Positions 21,135 through 34,457 of a stretch of 49,170 nt of DNA are shown here, one piece after another. The position numbers and the translations under genes were made by a program. Source of the stretch: an uncultured delta proteobacterium (GTDB lineage: Bacteria; Myxococcota; Myxococcia; Myxococcales; Myxococcaceae). The stretch spans positions 1 to 49,170 of the forward strand of contig CAVZMH010000023.1 in the NCBI GenBank assembly GCA_963776345.1, written 5' to 3'. Position 1 is the stretch's first letter, and every line of letters starts with the position of its first letter. The notes under the pieces were generated by a model. The model saw only the letters and a program-made list of their open reading frames with translations. It was not told the DNA's origin and made no database searches.

Positions 21135-21805
21135 CGTGGCCGTCGGACGACCTCCAGCAACGCTTCCGGTCCGCCCTTCCGGACACCACCGGGACCGACT
21201 GCCCGCCCCCGGACGACTCCTGGGCCGCCGCCGCCGGGGAGCTCCCCTTCGAGCGCATGCAGGTGCTGGTCGACCACGGGGCCCGCTGCGCGCAGTGCGC
21301 CGAGGCCTGGCGCATCCTCGCCGAGGTGCGGCGGGCGGCGACCGAGCCGGCCGCGGACGATCCGTCGCCCGTGCGTCCGACGACGCCTCACCACGCGCCC
21401 TGGCGCCGCTCACCTCTGCGTTCGCTGCTGCCACTGGCCCTTCCGGCGATCGCCGCTGCGGTCGGCATCTGGATGGCGCTCCGGCCCGCGCCACCCCGCC
21501 CACCCCCGGTGGAGCGCGGGAACGGCGCGGCAACGCTGCGCGCGGAGTCGCCGGGTGTGCAGCCGGCGCGCGACGCGGTGCTGCGCTGGTCCGAGGTTCC
21601 CGGCGCGACCAGCTACAACGTCACCGTGCTGACGCCGGACCTGGTCGTCCTGCACCAGGCGGTGGGAGTGTCCGGCCGGGAGCTCCGGCTCCCCGAGGCG
21701 GTGAGCCAGCGCGCCGCCGGGGGCGGGCTCCTGTGGAACGTGGACGCGGTGCTGCCCGACGGACGCACCGTGGCCTCGCCCACCTTCGACCTGCAGCTGA
21801 AGTAG
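21131..21805 (+). CDS. Zinc-binding (ZAS/zf-HC2) transmembrane anti-sigma factor
   Basis: ATGA overlap with the sigma gene; HGARCAQC (HxxxCxxC), one TM segment (LLPLALPAIAAAVGIWMAL), Fn3-like beta-rich C-terminal domain. Confidence 0.85.
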   Translation: MTWPSDDLQQRFRSALPDTTGTDCPPPDDSWAAAAGELPFERMQVLVDHGARCAQCAEAWRILAEVRRAATEPAADDPSPVRPTTPHHAPWRRSPLRSLLPLALPAIAAAVGIWMALRPAPPRPPPVERGNGAATLRAESPGVQPARDAVLRWSEVPGATSYNVTVLTPDLVVLHQAVGVSGRELRLPEAVSQRAAGGGLLWNVDAVLPDGRTVASPTFDLQLK

Positions 21806-21808
21806 CGG

Positions 21809-22576
21809 CTAGAGCAGATCGCAGGGCGTGCCGAGCGGCTGGCCGCTGTAGACGCCCAGGTCGGCGTAGATGAGCGCCACGTTGTCCTCCACCGGCAGGC
21901 TCTTCAGCTGCTGGCGCTTGCCCTTCTGCACCCAGGCGCTCTCCTTCCGGTCCAGCACCAGGCGCAGCTCGCCACTCCGGGTGGAGAAGATGTCGCCCTC
22001 GGAGTCGCTCACCAGGTTCACCATCTTCAAGGGCTTCATCGAGCCGCGCGGCCCGGAGTAGAGCCGGAACTCCATGCTCCCCTCCTCGCGGCGGCGATCG
22101 ACGTAGTAGTAGGTCCCGGAGTCGTCGCGGGCGAGCGCGTAGGCCCGGTACTGCCAGCGCGGCGGATGGAACCTCGCCGAGGCGAGCATCGCGGTCGCCT
22201 TCCCCTGCTCGACCGGCTTGAAGGTGGTGGTCCTCTCGCCGCACCAGAGCTTGTAGGTGCCGTCGTGCATCCCGAAGCTCGCGCCGCTCCGGCCGTGCAC
22301 CCGCGGCTCCCAGAAGCTCCGGTCGAACGACTCGGTCCCGCTCGACCCGCCTCCGAACACGCGCTGCTGGAAGAACTCCTTGCCGTCCTGCGACCAGTAG
22401 AGGTGGTCCCAGATGCTGTCCCCGAAGGGGATGACGGCGAGGTAGTGACCCTGCCCGTCCTCGACCACCACCAGCTTGTCGCGCACGGCCCCGACGTCGA
22501 GAGGGTCCACGGCCGGCTCGGCCGCGAGGGACAGACGGAGCAGCAGGGCGAGGGCAGCCGCCGGCGGGAGTGTCAC
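21809..22576 (-). CDS. Hypothetical secreted protein
   Basis: Signal-peptide-like N-terminus, protein-like composition, GC3-rich codons, fills the gap between neighbouring genes. Confidence 0.75.
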   Translation of the reverse strand: MTLPPAAALALLLRLSLAAEPAVDPLDVGAVRDKLVVVEDGQGHYLAVIPFGDSIWDHLYWSQDGKEFFQQRVFGGGSSGTESFDRSFWEPRVHGRSGASFGMHDGTYKLWCGERTTTFKPVEQGKATAMLASARFHPPRWQYRAYALARDDSGTYYYVDRRREEGSMEFRLYSGPRGSMKPLKMVNLVSDSEGDIFSTRSGELRLVLDRKESAWVQKGKRQQLKSLPVEDNVALIYADLGVYSGQPLGTPCDLL

Positions 22577-22608
22577 GGTCGGCGGACGAGTATAGTCCAG
22601 CCCTGCCG

Positions 22609-24359
<1,751 letters not shown>

Positions 24360-24360
<1 letters not shown>

Positions 24361-24794
24361 TGCGGTACCCGGCCCGCCTCGCTCACCTCGCCACCCGCGC
24401 CATCGTGGTGGCCAAGCTCGCGCCCACCTTCGCCGAGGCGCACCACGTGGAGCACGACGAGGCGGCGGACCGCCTGAGCACCGCGCTCTCCGGCCAGCTC
24501 CTCGAGGACCTCCTGGCCGCCACCTGGCAGGCGCTGCTCGGAGGGACGAGGAAGCTGGACGAGGAGGGCTTGCTGGAGAAGGTGGCCAAGAGTCTCCGCG
24601 ACCGGCCGCTCCGTCCCGGGCGCGCCGTCCCGGTCACGTCCGACCTCGGCGCGTTCCTCCTCCTCGCCGATCTCGCGGCGGGCACCGCCAGCGATGCCGC
24701 CGGACGGCTGATGGAGACCGACGCCGGCAAGGAGCGGGCCCGGGCAGGGCTCGCCGCCGCCGGCCAGCTCCTCGCCCGCGAGCTGACCCGCTGA
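24360..24794 (+). CDS. Hypothetical protein
   Basis: TGATG coupling with the kinase; helical, protein-like sequence. Confidence 0.7.
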
Positions 24795-24971
24795 GCGGGC
24801 ACCCCACCCCCGGAGCCGGGCGAGCGGGAGCGGGCCCCGGGAATTCCCCCGTCGGTCTGCTCGGCCGGAGTCGACTGGACGGAGGATCGGTCGGCGGACC
24901 GGCCCCGGCGTCCGTGGCGAGCGCACAGGGTGTATCGTTATCTCGTCCCATCGTGCCGGGGCAGCTGACCG

Positions 24972-26126
24972 ATGTCGCAGTCGCTTCCCACGCAGCTCAA
25001 GGTCCACCGCGCGATCTCCGAGATCCCGGAGGCGGCGTGGAACGCGCTGGTCGACGAGGAGTCCGCGCCCTTCCTGGAGTGGGGCTGGCTGGACGCCCTG
25101 GAGGCGAGCGGGAGCGTCGCCGCGGCCTCTGGCTGGGAGCCGCGGCACCTCGCGCTCTGGCGCGGGCACCGGCTCGTTGCGGCCGCACCGGCCTACCTCA
25201 AGTCCGACAGCAGCGGCGAGTTCGTCTTCGACTTCTCCTGGGCCACCGCCTCGGAGCGGGCCGGCGTCCCCTACTATCCGAAGCTGGTCGTCGCTGCACC
25301 GCTCACCCCCGCGACCGGGCGTCGCTTCCTGGTCGCACCCGGCGAGGACCGGGGCGCGCGGATGCTGGAGCTGGCGCAGGGCGCGCTCGAGCTGGCACGC
25401 GAGGAGCGCCTCTCCAGCGTGCACGTGCTCTTCCCCACCGAGGTCGAGGCCCTGGCGCTCGAACCGCTCGGGTTCGCCGTCCGCCAGGGGGTGCAGTACC
25501 ACTTCCTCAACGAGGGCTACCGCGCCCCCGAGGACGTGCTCCAGCGCTTCACCAGCAAGCGGCGGAACCAGCTCAGGCGCGAGCGGCGCGCCCCGGCCGA
25601 GCAGGGCCTGCAGATCCGCGTCCTCCGGGGCGAGGCCCTGGCCGAGGCCGACCCGAAGGAGACCTTCCGGCTCTACGCCAGCACGGTGGACAGGTTCGCC
25701 TGGGGCCGCCGCTACCTGAACCCCCGCTTCTTCGCCCGGGTGCTGGAGCGGTTCCGGCACCGGGTGGAGCTGGTCCAGGCCCGGGCGGGGAACCGGGTGG
25801 TGGCCGGCGCGTTCAACCTCTCCGGCGATCGGGTGCTCTACGGCCGCTACTGGGGGTGCTTCGAGGAGTTTCCCTTCCTGCACTTCAACGTCTGCCTCTA
25901 CACCGGGATGGACGAGGTGGTCCGCCGCGGCCTGGTCCGGTTCGAGCCGGGGGCCGGGGGCGAGCACAAGCTGGTCCGCGGCTTCACTCCCAGCCTCACC
26001 TACAGCGCCCATGCCCTCTTCCACCGGGGGCTGGACCGGGCGGTGCGCGAGTTCCTCGCCCACGAGCGGGCCGCCATCCAGGCCGGGCTGCCCGCGTGGC
26101 GGGCGGAGACCGGCTTCAAGGACTAG
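24972..26126 (+). CDS. FemAB-like GNAT protein (DUF482)
   Basis: PAYLKSDSSGEFVFDFSWA, YYPKL, LYGRYWG, LHFNVCLY and GAGGEHKLVRGF motifs. Confidence 0.88.
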   Translation: MSQSLPTQLKVHRAISEIPEAAWNALVDEESAPFLEWGWLDALEASGSVAAASGWEPRHLALWRGHRLVAAAPAYLKSDSSGEFVFDFSWATASERAGVPYYPKLVVAAPLTPATGRRFLVAPGEDRGARMLELAQGALELAREERLSSVHVLFPTEVEALALEPLGFAVRQGVQYHFLNEGYRAPEDVLQRFTSKRRNQLRRERRAPAEQGLQIRVLRGEALAEADPKETFRLYASTVDRFAWGRRYLNPRFFARVLERFRHRVELVQARAGNRVVAGAFNLSGDRVLYGRYWGCFEEFPFLHFNVCLYTGMDEVVRRGLVRFEPGAGGEHKLVRGFTPSLTYSAHALFHRGLDRAVREFLAHERAAIQAGLPAWRAETGFKD

Positions 26127-26137
26127 AAGGAAGGCCG

Positions 26138-26461
26138 ATGCCCGAGCGCGCGGATCCGGACAGCGGGGTCGTCACCGAGAGCAAGAGCGAGCGGAAGCTC
26201 AAGCGTCCGCAGCTCTACAAGGTGCTGTTCCATAACGACAACTACACCACCCGCGATTTCGTGGTGGCGGTGCTCCGCGAGGTGTTCCACAAATCGGAGT
26301 CGGACGCGGTGTTGATCATGCTCCACGTGCACAACACGGGCATCGGCGTGGCAGGCGTTTATACGTATGACGTGGCACGTACGAAGATCGAGCTGGTGGA
26401 GGCGCTGGCCAAGGAGCACGAGTTCCCGCTCCGCCTGACGATGGAACCGGAGGAGATCTAG
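26138..26461 (+). CDS. clpS: ATP-dependent Clp protease adaptor ClpS
   Basis: YKVLFHNDNYT...MLHVH...FPLRLTMEPE; directly upstream of clpA. Confidence 0.93.
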   Translation: MPERADPDSGVVTESKSERKLKRPQLYKVLFHNDNYTTRDFVVAVLREVFHKSESDAVLIMLHVHNTGIGVAGVYTYDVARTKIELVEALAKEHEFPLRLTMEPEEI

Positions 26462-26465
26462 AACC

Positions 26466-28754
<2,289 letters not shown>

Positions 28755-28769
28755 GCCCGCTCCCGGGCC

Positions 28770-28803
28770 CCGAGGTGTCAGCACCGAGGTGTCAAACACC
28801 TCC
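28770..28803. repeat. REP-like cluster downstream of clpA
   Basis: CCGAGGTGTCA half-site followed by CCGAGGTGTCAAACACCTCC. Confidence 0.85.
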
Positions 28804-28833
28804 GAGGGCGCCGCTGAGCGGTCCGGCGGCGGC

Positions 28834-29085
28834 TCAGGTCTGGTCGGGGTTGCCGGCCGCGGGCGTGGCCGGGAGCTTCTCGGTGATGGGCTCGTCCTCG
28901 CCCTCGACCGCGCGGTCCAGCGGCTCGTCCGCCTCGGGGACCGCGGCCTGCGCCGGGAGGGGCCAGGCATCGAGCACAGCGCGGCGTTCCCGCTCCAGCC
29001 GATTCTTCCGAGCGTTCTGGTCTGCCAAGCGCATCCGGGCCGAGTCCCCCAAGCGCCGGAGCAGCCGGCGCGCGCAGTGGGACAC
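28834..29085 (-). CDS. Possible small hypothetical protein
   Basis: 83-aa ORF in an otherwise empty gap, basic N-terminal half and acidic tail; no family recognised, start uncertain. Confidence 0.3.
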   Translation of the reverse strand: MSHCARRLLRRLGDSARMRLADQNARKNRLERERRAVLDAWPLPAQAAVPEADEPLDRAVEGEDEPITEKLPATPAAGNPDQT

Positions 29086-29300
29086 ACCCTAGCGCCGAGG
29101 GGCCCACCAGGCAAGCAGTCAAAGCGGAACATTTCATGGGTGTGGGAATCCCTGTGGAAAGCCTGGGTGTTTCCGCACCCTGCCTGTGGGCAATCCCTGG
29201 GGCCAGCTGCGTCCCCGCACGGGCTCACGCCCGGGCGTTCAGCCCTCCTTGCGAGCTGCTCCGGCCCGGTGCCGGGCCGGACGTGCCTGCGGGCGCCCGG

Positions 29301-30461
29301 TCAGAAGCGGCCGGCGAGCGCCAGCGTCGCGCCGCCGTTGGGATTCGGGGCAACCCCGGCCACCACGTCGGCGTAGCGGTTGGGGTCCTTCCCGCTGAGC
29401 CAGAGCCAGGTGGCGACGCCGGCCGAGGCCACGCCCACCACCGCGGCCCCGATGGCCACGTACTGCTTCACCTGCACGCTGCTCTTGGTGTCCTCGGCTG
29501 CCTGCTTGCAGGCGACGGCGCCGCTGGCCGTGCAGCTGTCCCAGGCCGCGCTGGCGGTGGGGTTGTTGGCGATCTCCGGCGGCTTGGTCTGCGGCCCGGT
29601 GCCCGCGGCTCCCTGGAGCCACGCCTGGCGCGGCTTGAACTCGTCGTTGTACTGGCTCGAGGCCGAGGAGTTCATGAGGATCGCCGTGGTGATGCCGGCC
29701 ACGGCCACGCCGGTGGCGACCCACGCCCCGACCCGCATCTTCCCGTACTTGTCCTTGTAGATCTTGGCGTAGTCGCCCGACGGCGCGAGCTCGACCTCCT
29801 CGACGGTGGTCTGCTTCGGCTCGATGCGCACCGAGCGGGTCTGGGCGATGAACCCGTCCTTGCGCACGGTGAGCCGGTGGGTGCCGCGCGCCAGGTCGAG
29901 GGAGCCCTTGAGCGGGGTGCTCCCCACCAGCGTGTCGTCGACCAGGACCTCCGCCGCCTCCTCGCGGCACTTCACCACCAGGAAGCCCTGCTGCTCGCGG
30001 AGCAAGGGCGACATCAGCTCCTGCGCCAGCCCAGGGAGCTGGTTGGCCACCTGCTCGACCGTGGCCTGGTTGAGCGTCTTCTGGCTCAGCACCTTCTGCG
30101 TCTGCGCATCGAGCAGGCGGATCTCCACCTGGAGCTTCCCGCCCACCCGGGTGACGCTGCCCACCACCGCGTTGGAGGCGTTCAGCGCCGTGCCGAGCTG
30201 ACCCACGCTGCTCTCCGCCTTGGCGCCGGAGAGCTGGCGGGTGCGCTCCAGCGCGAGGAGCTGGCGGACGTCGTCCGAGCTGAGAACCTGGAACACGTCG
30301 AGCTGGCGCAGCCCCCGGACCACGCTCCCGGTCGCCGCCTGGGCCTCGGGCAGTCCCACGCCACGGGGCTCGAGGTCGAGCACCAGGAGGTTGGGACGTG
30401 GCTGCGCCCCGGCGACGGCGGACCAGGCGAGGGCGAGCAGCACTGCCACGCGACGTGACAT
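29301..30461 (-). CDS. PEGA-domain exported protein
   Basis: Signal peptide MSRRVAVLLALAWSAVAGA; PEGA motif AEVLVDDTLVGSTPL...GTHRLTVRKDGF; hydrophobic C-terminal helices and terminal LALAGRF. Confidence 0.85.
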   Translation of the reverse strand: MSRRVAVLLALAWSAVAGAQPRPNLLVLDLEPRGVGLPEAQAATGSVVRGLRQLDVFQVLSSDDVRQLLALERTRQLSGAKAESSVGQLGTALNASNAVVGSVTRVGGKLQVEIRLLDAQTQKVLSQKTLNQATVEQVANQLPGLAQELMSPLLREQQGFLVVKCREEAAEVLVDDTLVGSTPLKGSLDLARGTHRLTVRKDGFIAQTRSVRIEPKQTTVEEVELAPSGDYAKIYKDKYGKMRVGAWVATGVAVAGITTAILMNSSASSQYNDEFKPRQAWLQGAAGTGPQTKPPEIANNPTASAAWDSCTASGAVACKQAAEDTKSSVQVKQYVAIGAAVVGVASAGVATWLWLSGKDPNRYADVVAGVAPNPNGGATLALAGRF

Positions 30462-30674
30462 CACGGTCCTCCCCCTCGTGAAACGCCATCCGGGAGCGCG
30501 TCGCCCGGCGCGAGCGTTCCCGGGACTGTACAGAACAACGGGCGACCCCCGCCATTGCCGCAATGCGGTGGTGCTGGCTCCCGGGTCGGATCGGACCGGT
30601 GCCCTTTCCTCGCCCCGAGGGCGGCGCGCCCCCGGTAAGCTCGGCCACCACGCGGTCGGAGCTGGGGGTTGCCC

Positions 30675-33600
30675 GTGGCCGTGGCCACTCGCCTGTGCCG
30701 TGCACTCGGGCTGTGCCTGCTGGCCGGCCATCTCCTGGCCTGCTTCGACCTCGCGGTCCCCGACCTCGCCTCTGACGGCGGCGTGGGTCCGGACCTCACC
30801 ATCCGTGCGCCGCGGCCCGGGCAGACCATCTCCCTCAACGCTCCGGTGAACCTGGAGGCGGTCTCGGTGAACGGGGTGGCGTCGGTGACCGTCACCTGCG
30901 GCGGGGCGCCGAGCACCGGCGTCTTCACCTGGAACGTGGCCCCGTACACCGGCATCGTCGACTTCACCCGCTGCACGCTGGTGACCAGCGGCGCGGGCGA
31001 TGCCGGCCTCGGCCAGCTGGACCTGACCTTCATCGCGGTGGACCGTCTGGGCCATGTGACCACCAAGAGCTTCACCGTGCTCCTCGACATCACCACCGCC
31101 TCGCTCTCGGCGGTGCTCCCCGAGAGGGTGGTGCCGCTCGCACCGCTGCAGCTCACGGTGGGCAGCGACCGGCCGCTGCTCCTCCCCCCCACGGTGCGCC
31201 TCGCCGGACGGGAGGCGGACGGCATCCTCCAGCGCGCCAACCCGGACGGTGGCGCCCCGCTCTACGACGTGACCTTCCTCCAGACGCCGGGCCTGGGGAT
31301 CGACACCTACGCCGGGGACCCCTTCAACGTCCCGTTCGAGGTGCTCTCGGACGTGGAGCGGTCGACGAGCCTCACGGTGGACGCGCGGGCCGGCAACGGG
31401 AACCCGAGCCACCTCGAGCAGGCGGTCCTGCTCAGCCGCGTGCTGTGGGATCGCGCCGTCCCGGGGCGCATCGCCCTGGCCGCGGCCGACCCGGCGGCCA
31501 CGGCGGCCGGCGTTCACGTCCCGCTCGCCACCCGCGACGCCGTCCCCGGCGCGACCGCCGAGTGGCTCCCGGGCTTCTTCCGCAGCGGCGACGGCACCTA
31601 CGTCGCGTTCGATCCACCCTCGGTCCGGGTGGTGGGGCCCTCGCTTCCGCCGGGAGGCGTGGCCGCGGACGCCGGGGCGCCCTTCCCGGCGGACGGCGGG
31701 TACTCCGCGGTGGAGCTCGACGCCCTCGGACGCGTCCTCTTTGCCCGGCCGAGCGTCGTCCAGCGCGGCGGAAGCGACGTCATCGCACTGGGCGAGCCCT
31801 CGGGCTCGGTGCGGGCCGCGGCGAGCTACACCGTTCCCTTCCCGCTGGTGCAGCAGCTCGTCGACGGGGGCATCCAGGGGCAGGTCCTCACCCGGATGGA
31901 CGACCTGCTCTGCCTCCCCGACGCGTTCACCGGCTCGCAGGACGGTTGCTGGTACGCCGCGCCCACCGCCACGCAGACCGTGAGCTGCCTGTCGCTGGCC
32001 GACGGAGCTGAGACCACCGCCGTCGGCACCAGCACCAGCCTCGAGCTCGGTCCGCCCACGCCAGGGTCCACCGCCGGCGCTCGCGGCAGCGCGCGCACCT
32101 ACCTCTCGCCGAACGACGTGGGGGCCTTCTGCGGACCGGCGTGGGCGTTCTTCTCCTTCCCGGGGAACGTCTTCGTGCCCCAGCCTCGGACCGCCGACCC
32201 GGTCTTCGGCACCGGGTGCTACGCGGAGGGGGTCAACCGGCTCCTCTCGTTCCCCGACGGCAGCTTCGCCGTCCTGTTCGACGTGCTGTGCGGGAACACC
32301 ACCGGACAGGAGCTGGTCCGGGTGAACGCCAACGGCGCGGTGACAGGGAGCTACCTCGCCCCGCAGGGCATCCCGCTCACCGCCCCGCCCCTGGTGCTGG
32401 CCGCCCTCGCCGACGGGACGGTGGTGACCATGCGGAACGATCCGCCGAACACCGTCTTCGAGGCCTGGCCGGCGGATGGCTCCGGGCCCACGGCGACGGC
32501 GCGGGTGCCCGGCCTCTACGTCTACACCGGAGGTACCACCCCGCGGCTGGCCCGCAATCTGGTGGCCGGATCGGACGGGAGCCTGACCGTCCTCCTGAAT
32601 GGCGCCACGCTCGGGGACGTGGTGCTCCACTTCGGTCCGGGGCTGACGCCCCGCTGGTTGTACCGGTACCCCCTGCTCGCCAACGCCTCGACGCTGGTCG
32701 CGGCCGATGGCCAGCCCACGGTCTATTACGTGGATCCGCTGAACAACGCGCTGGTGGCCCTCGATCGGCGCGGAGGGAGCAGCCGGGGAGCGACCTGCGC
32801 GGTGGGCGGAGTGACGGTGACCGCGAACCCCACCAGCGTGGCCGCCGGCGTCGTCTCCGCGCTGACTGCCACCGTCACCTCCAGCGGGCCGTGCTCGACC
32901 GCGGTGTCCTGGAGCGTCTCACCTGCCGGAGGAGCTCTGGTCGCCGATGGAAACAGCGCCAGCTTCAGCGCCACCGCGCCGGGCACGTACACCATCACCG
33001 CCAGCAGCGTGGCCGACCCCTCCCGCTCCGGGAGCGCCACGGTGACCGTGACCGCCGCAGCGAGCTGCGGGCCTGCGACCGGGACGGTGGTGACCCATAG
33101 CACCACCATCACCGCCAGCGAGACCTGGGCCGGCGACGGGGTGACCCACTCGGTCCCCGGAAACTTGCAGATCAACGGACCGGCCACCGTCACCATCCAG
33201 CCCTGTGCCATCGTCTCGCTGGGAGCGACCGCGTCCATCACCGTCCTCGCGGGGGCCTCGCTGGTCGCAGCCGGAACGGGCAGCGGAGGGTCCATCTCCT
33301 TCGTCCGGGCGAACGCCACCCAGCCGTGGGGAATCCTGCGGGGGGCGAGCGCCACCTCGCTCATCGACCTCAGCTGGACCACGCTCCAGGGCGGCGGCTC
33401 CTTCGGCGGCACGTACGGGAACCCGGCCATCGCAGTGGCCGGCCCGAACTACAGCGTCACACCGGTCCCCGTGCTGCGGTTGAACAACGTCACCGTCGAT
33501 TCACCGGTGGGAGGCGGCATCTACCTCGACACCAGCGCTGCCTTCACCACGGACTCCACCGCGCTGACGATTCAGAACACCCCTGGGTTCGCGCTGCAGA

Positions 33601-34340
33601 TGACCATGATGGCGCTGGGGAGCATCCCCCCGGGCAGCTACGCCGCCGCCAGCAACGCCCGCCCCGAGGTCCTGGTCATCGGCCCCAACGACAACGTGTT
33701 CGGGGACCTCACCATCCACAAGCACCTTCCGGTGCGGATCCAGACCGCAAGCCTGACGGTGCATGCGCCGAGCGGGTCCACCGCGCCCGTGACCCTGACG
33801 GTCGAGCCGGGCGCGCAGCTGCGATTCGCGCGGCCGAGCGCGACCCAGCCGGGCGCGCGGGTGTACTTCGGGAGCGTGGGGAACGCCCCGAACGATCTCC
33901 TGGGCATCCTCGTCGCCCAGGGCACCGCGGCAGAGCCCATCGTCTTCACCTCCGGAGAGGCCACCCCGGTGGCCGGCGACTGGGCCGGGCTCTACCTCCT
34001 CGCGGCAACCGGGTCACGACTGGACCACGTGGTGGTCGAGTACGCCGGAGCCTTCAGCGGCTTCGTCTCCACCAACTGCCGGCCCTCGGGCTCGACCGAC
34101 GACGCCGCCCTGATCATCGGCGACGCCACCCAGTACGTCCCCCCGTCCAATCTGCTCACCAACAGCGTGGTCCGGTTCAGCGCCGGGCACGCGATCGACG
34201 CGGTCTGGCAGGCGGCCACCTTCAACACCCCGGACCTCTCCGCCACCAACACGTTCCTCGGCTACGCGGGGTGCGCCCAGACGTACAACGCCCTCACCAC
34301 GGGCGTGTGCGGCGCGAACCTGGGTTGCACAGTTCCCTGA
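30675..34340 (+). CDS. Large surface lipoprotein with Ig-like N-terminus, beta-rich middle, and Ig-like/beta-helix-like C-terminal extension
   Basis: Lipobox LLAC; T/S/G/A-rich; YTITASSVADPSRSGSATVTV Ig-like segment; AQGTAAEPIVFTS...GDWAGL beta-helix-type motif; domain calls by eye. Confidence 0.8.
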   Translation: MAVATRLCRALGLCLLAGHLLACFDLAVPDLASDGGVGPDLTIRAPRPGQTISLNAPVNLEAVSVNGVASVTVTCGGAPSTGVFTWNVAPYTGIVDFTRCTLVTSGAGDAGLGQLDLTFIAVDRLGHVTTKSFTVLLDITTASLSAVLPERVVPLAPLQLTVGSDRPLLLPPTVRLAGREADGILQRANPDGGAPLYDVTFLQTPGLGIDTYAGDPFNVPFEVLSDVERSTSLTVDARAGNGNPSHLEQAVLLSRVLWDRAVPGRIALAAADPAATAAGVHVPLATRDAVPGATAEWLPGFFRSGDGTYVAFDPPSVRVVGPSLPPGGVAADAGAPFPADGGYSAVELDALGRVLFARPSVVQRGGSDVIALGEPSGSVRAAASYTVPFPLVQQLVDGGIQGQVLTRMDDLLCLPDAFTGSQDGCWYAAPTATQTVSCLSLADGAETTAVGTSTSLELGPPTPGSTAGARGSARTYLSPNDVGAFCGPAWAFFSFPGNVFVPQPRTADPVFGTGCYAEGVNRLLSFPDGSFAVLFDVLCGNTTGQELVRVNANGAVTGSYLAPQGIPLTAPPLVLAALADGTVVTMRNDPPNTVFEAWPADGSGPTATARVPGLYVYTGGTTPRLARNLVAGSDGSLTVLLNGATLGDVVLHFGPGLTPRWLYRYPLLANASTLVAADGQPTVYYVDPLNNALVALDRRGGSSRGATCAVGGVTVTANPTSVAAGVVSALTATVTSSGPCSTAVSWSVSPAGGALVADGNSASFSATAPGTYTITASSVADPSRSGSATVTVTAAASCGPATGTVVTHSTTITASETWAGDGVTHSVPGNLQINGPATVTIQPCAIVSLGATASITVLAGASLVAAGTGSGGSISFVRANATQPWGILRGASATSLIDLSWTTLQGGGSFGGTYGNPAIAVAGPNYSVTPVPVLRLNNVTVDSPVGGGIYLDTSAAFTTDSTALTIQNTPGFALQMTMMALGSIPPGSYAAASNARPEVLVIGPNDNVFGDLTIHKHLPVRIQTASLTVHAPSGSTAPVTLTVEPGAQLRFARPSATQPGARVYFGSVGNAPNDLLGILVAQGTAAEPIVFTSGEATPVAGDWAGLYLLAATGSRLDHVVVEYAGAFSGFVSTNCRPSGSTDDAALIIGDATQYVPPSNLLTNSVVRFSAGHAIDAVWQAATFNTPDLSATNTFLGYAGCAQTYNALTTGVCGANLGCTVP

Positions 34341-34457
34341 GCGACGGATGGACCCTGGGGCGAGCCTGACCACGGGGTGGAGAGCCGCTTTCCCCGCCCG
34401 GGCGAACGGGCTCTGGTAGCCTCCCCGGACGCGGTTCCGACCCGGGAGGGAGCCTTC

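Noticed and set aside
15275..21805. CHAT/sigma module as part of a type III-E CRISPR system
   Set aside because: No Cas7-11, Csx30/31 or array in the window, and the CHATs look exported; only an analogy
29141..29200. Replication origin (DnaA box cluster)
   Set aside because: Only three degenerate matches, no unwinding element and no dnaA/dnaN context
30462..32630. 1109-aa extension of the PEGA ORF
   Set aside because: The upstream part is antisense to the lipoprotein gene; the signal peptide and GGGAGG RBS place the start at 30461
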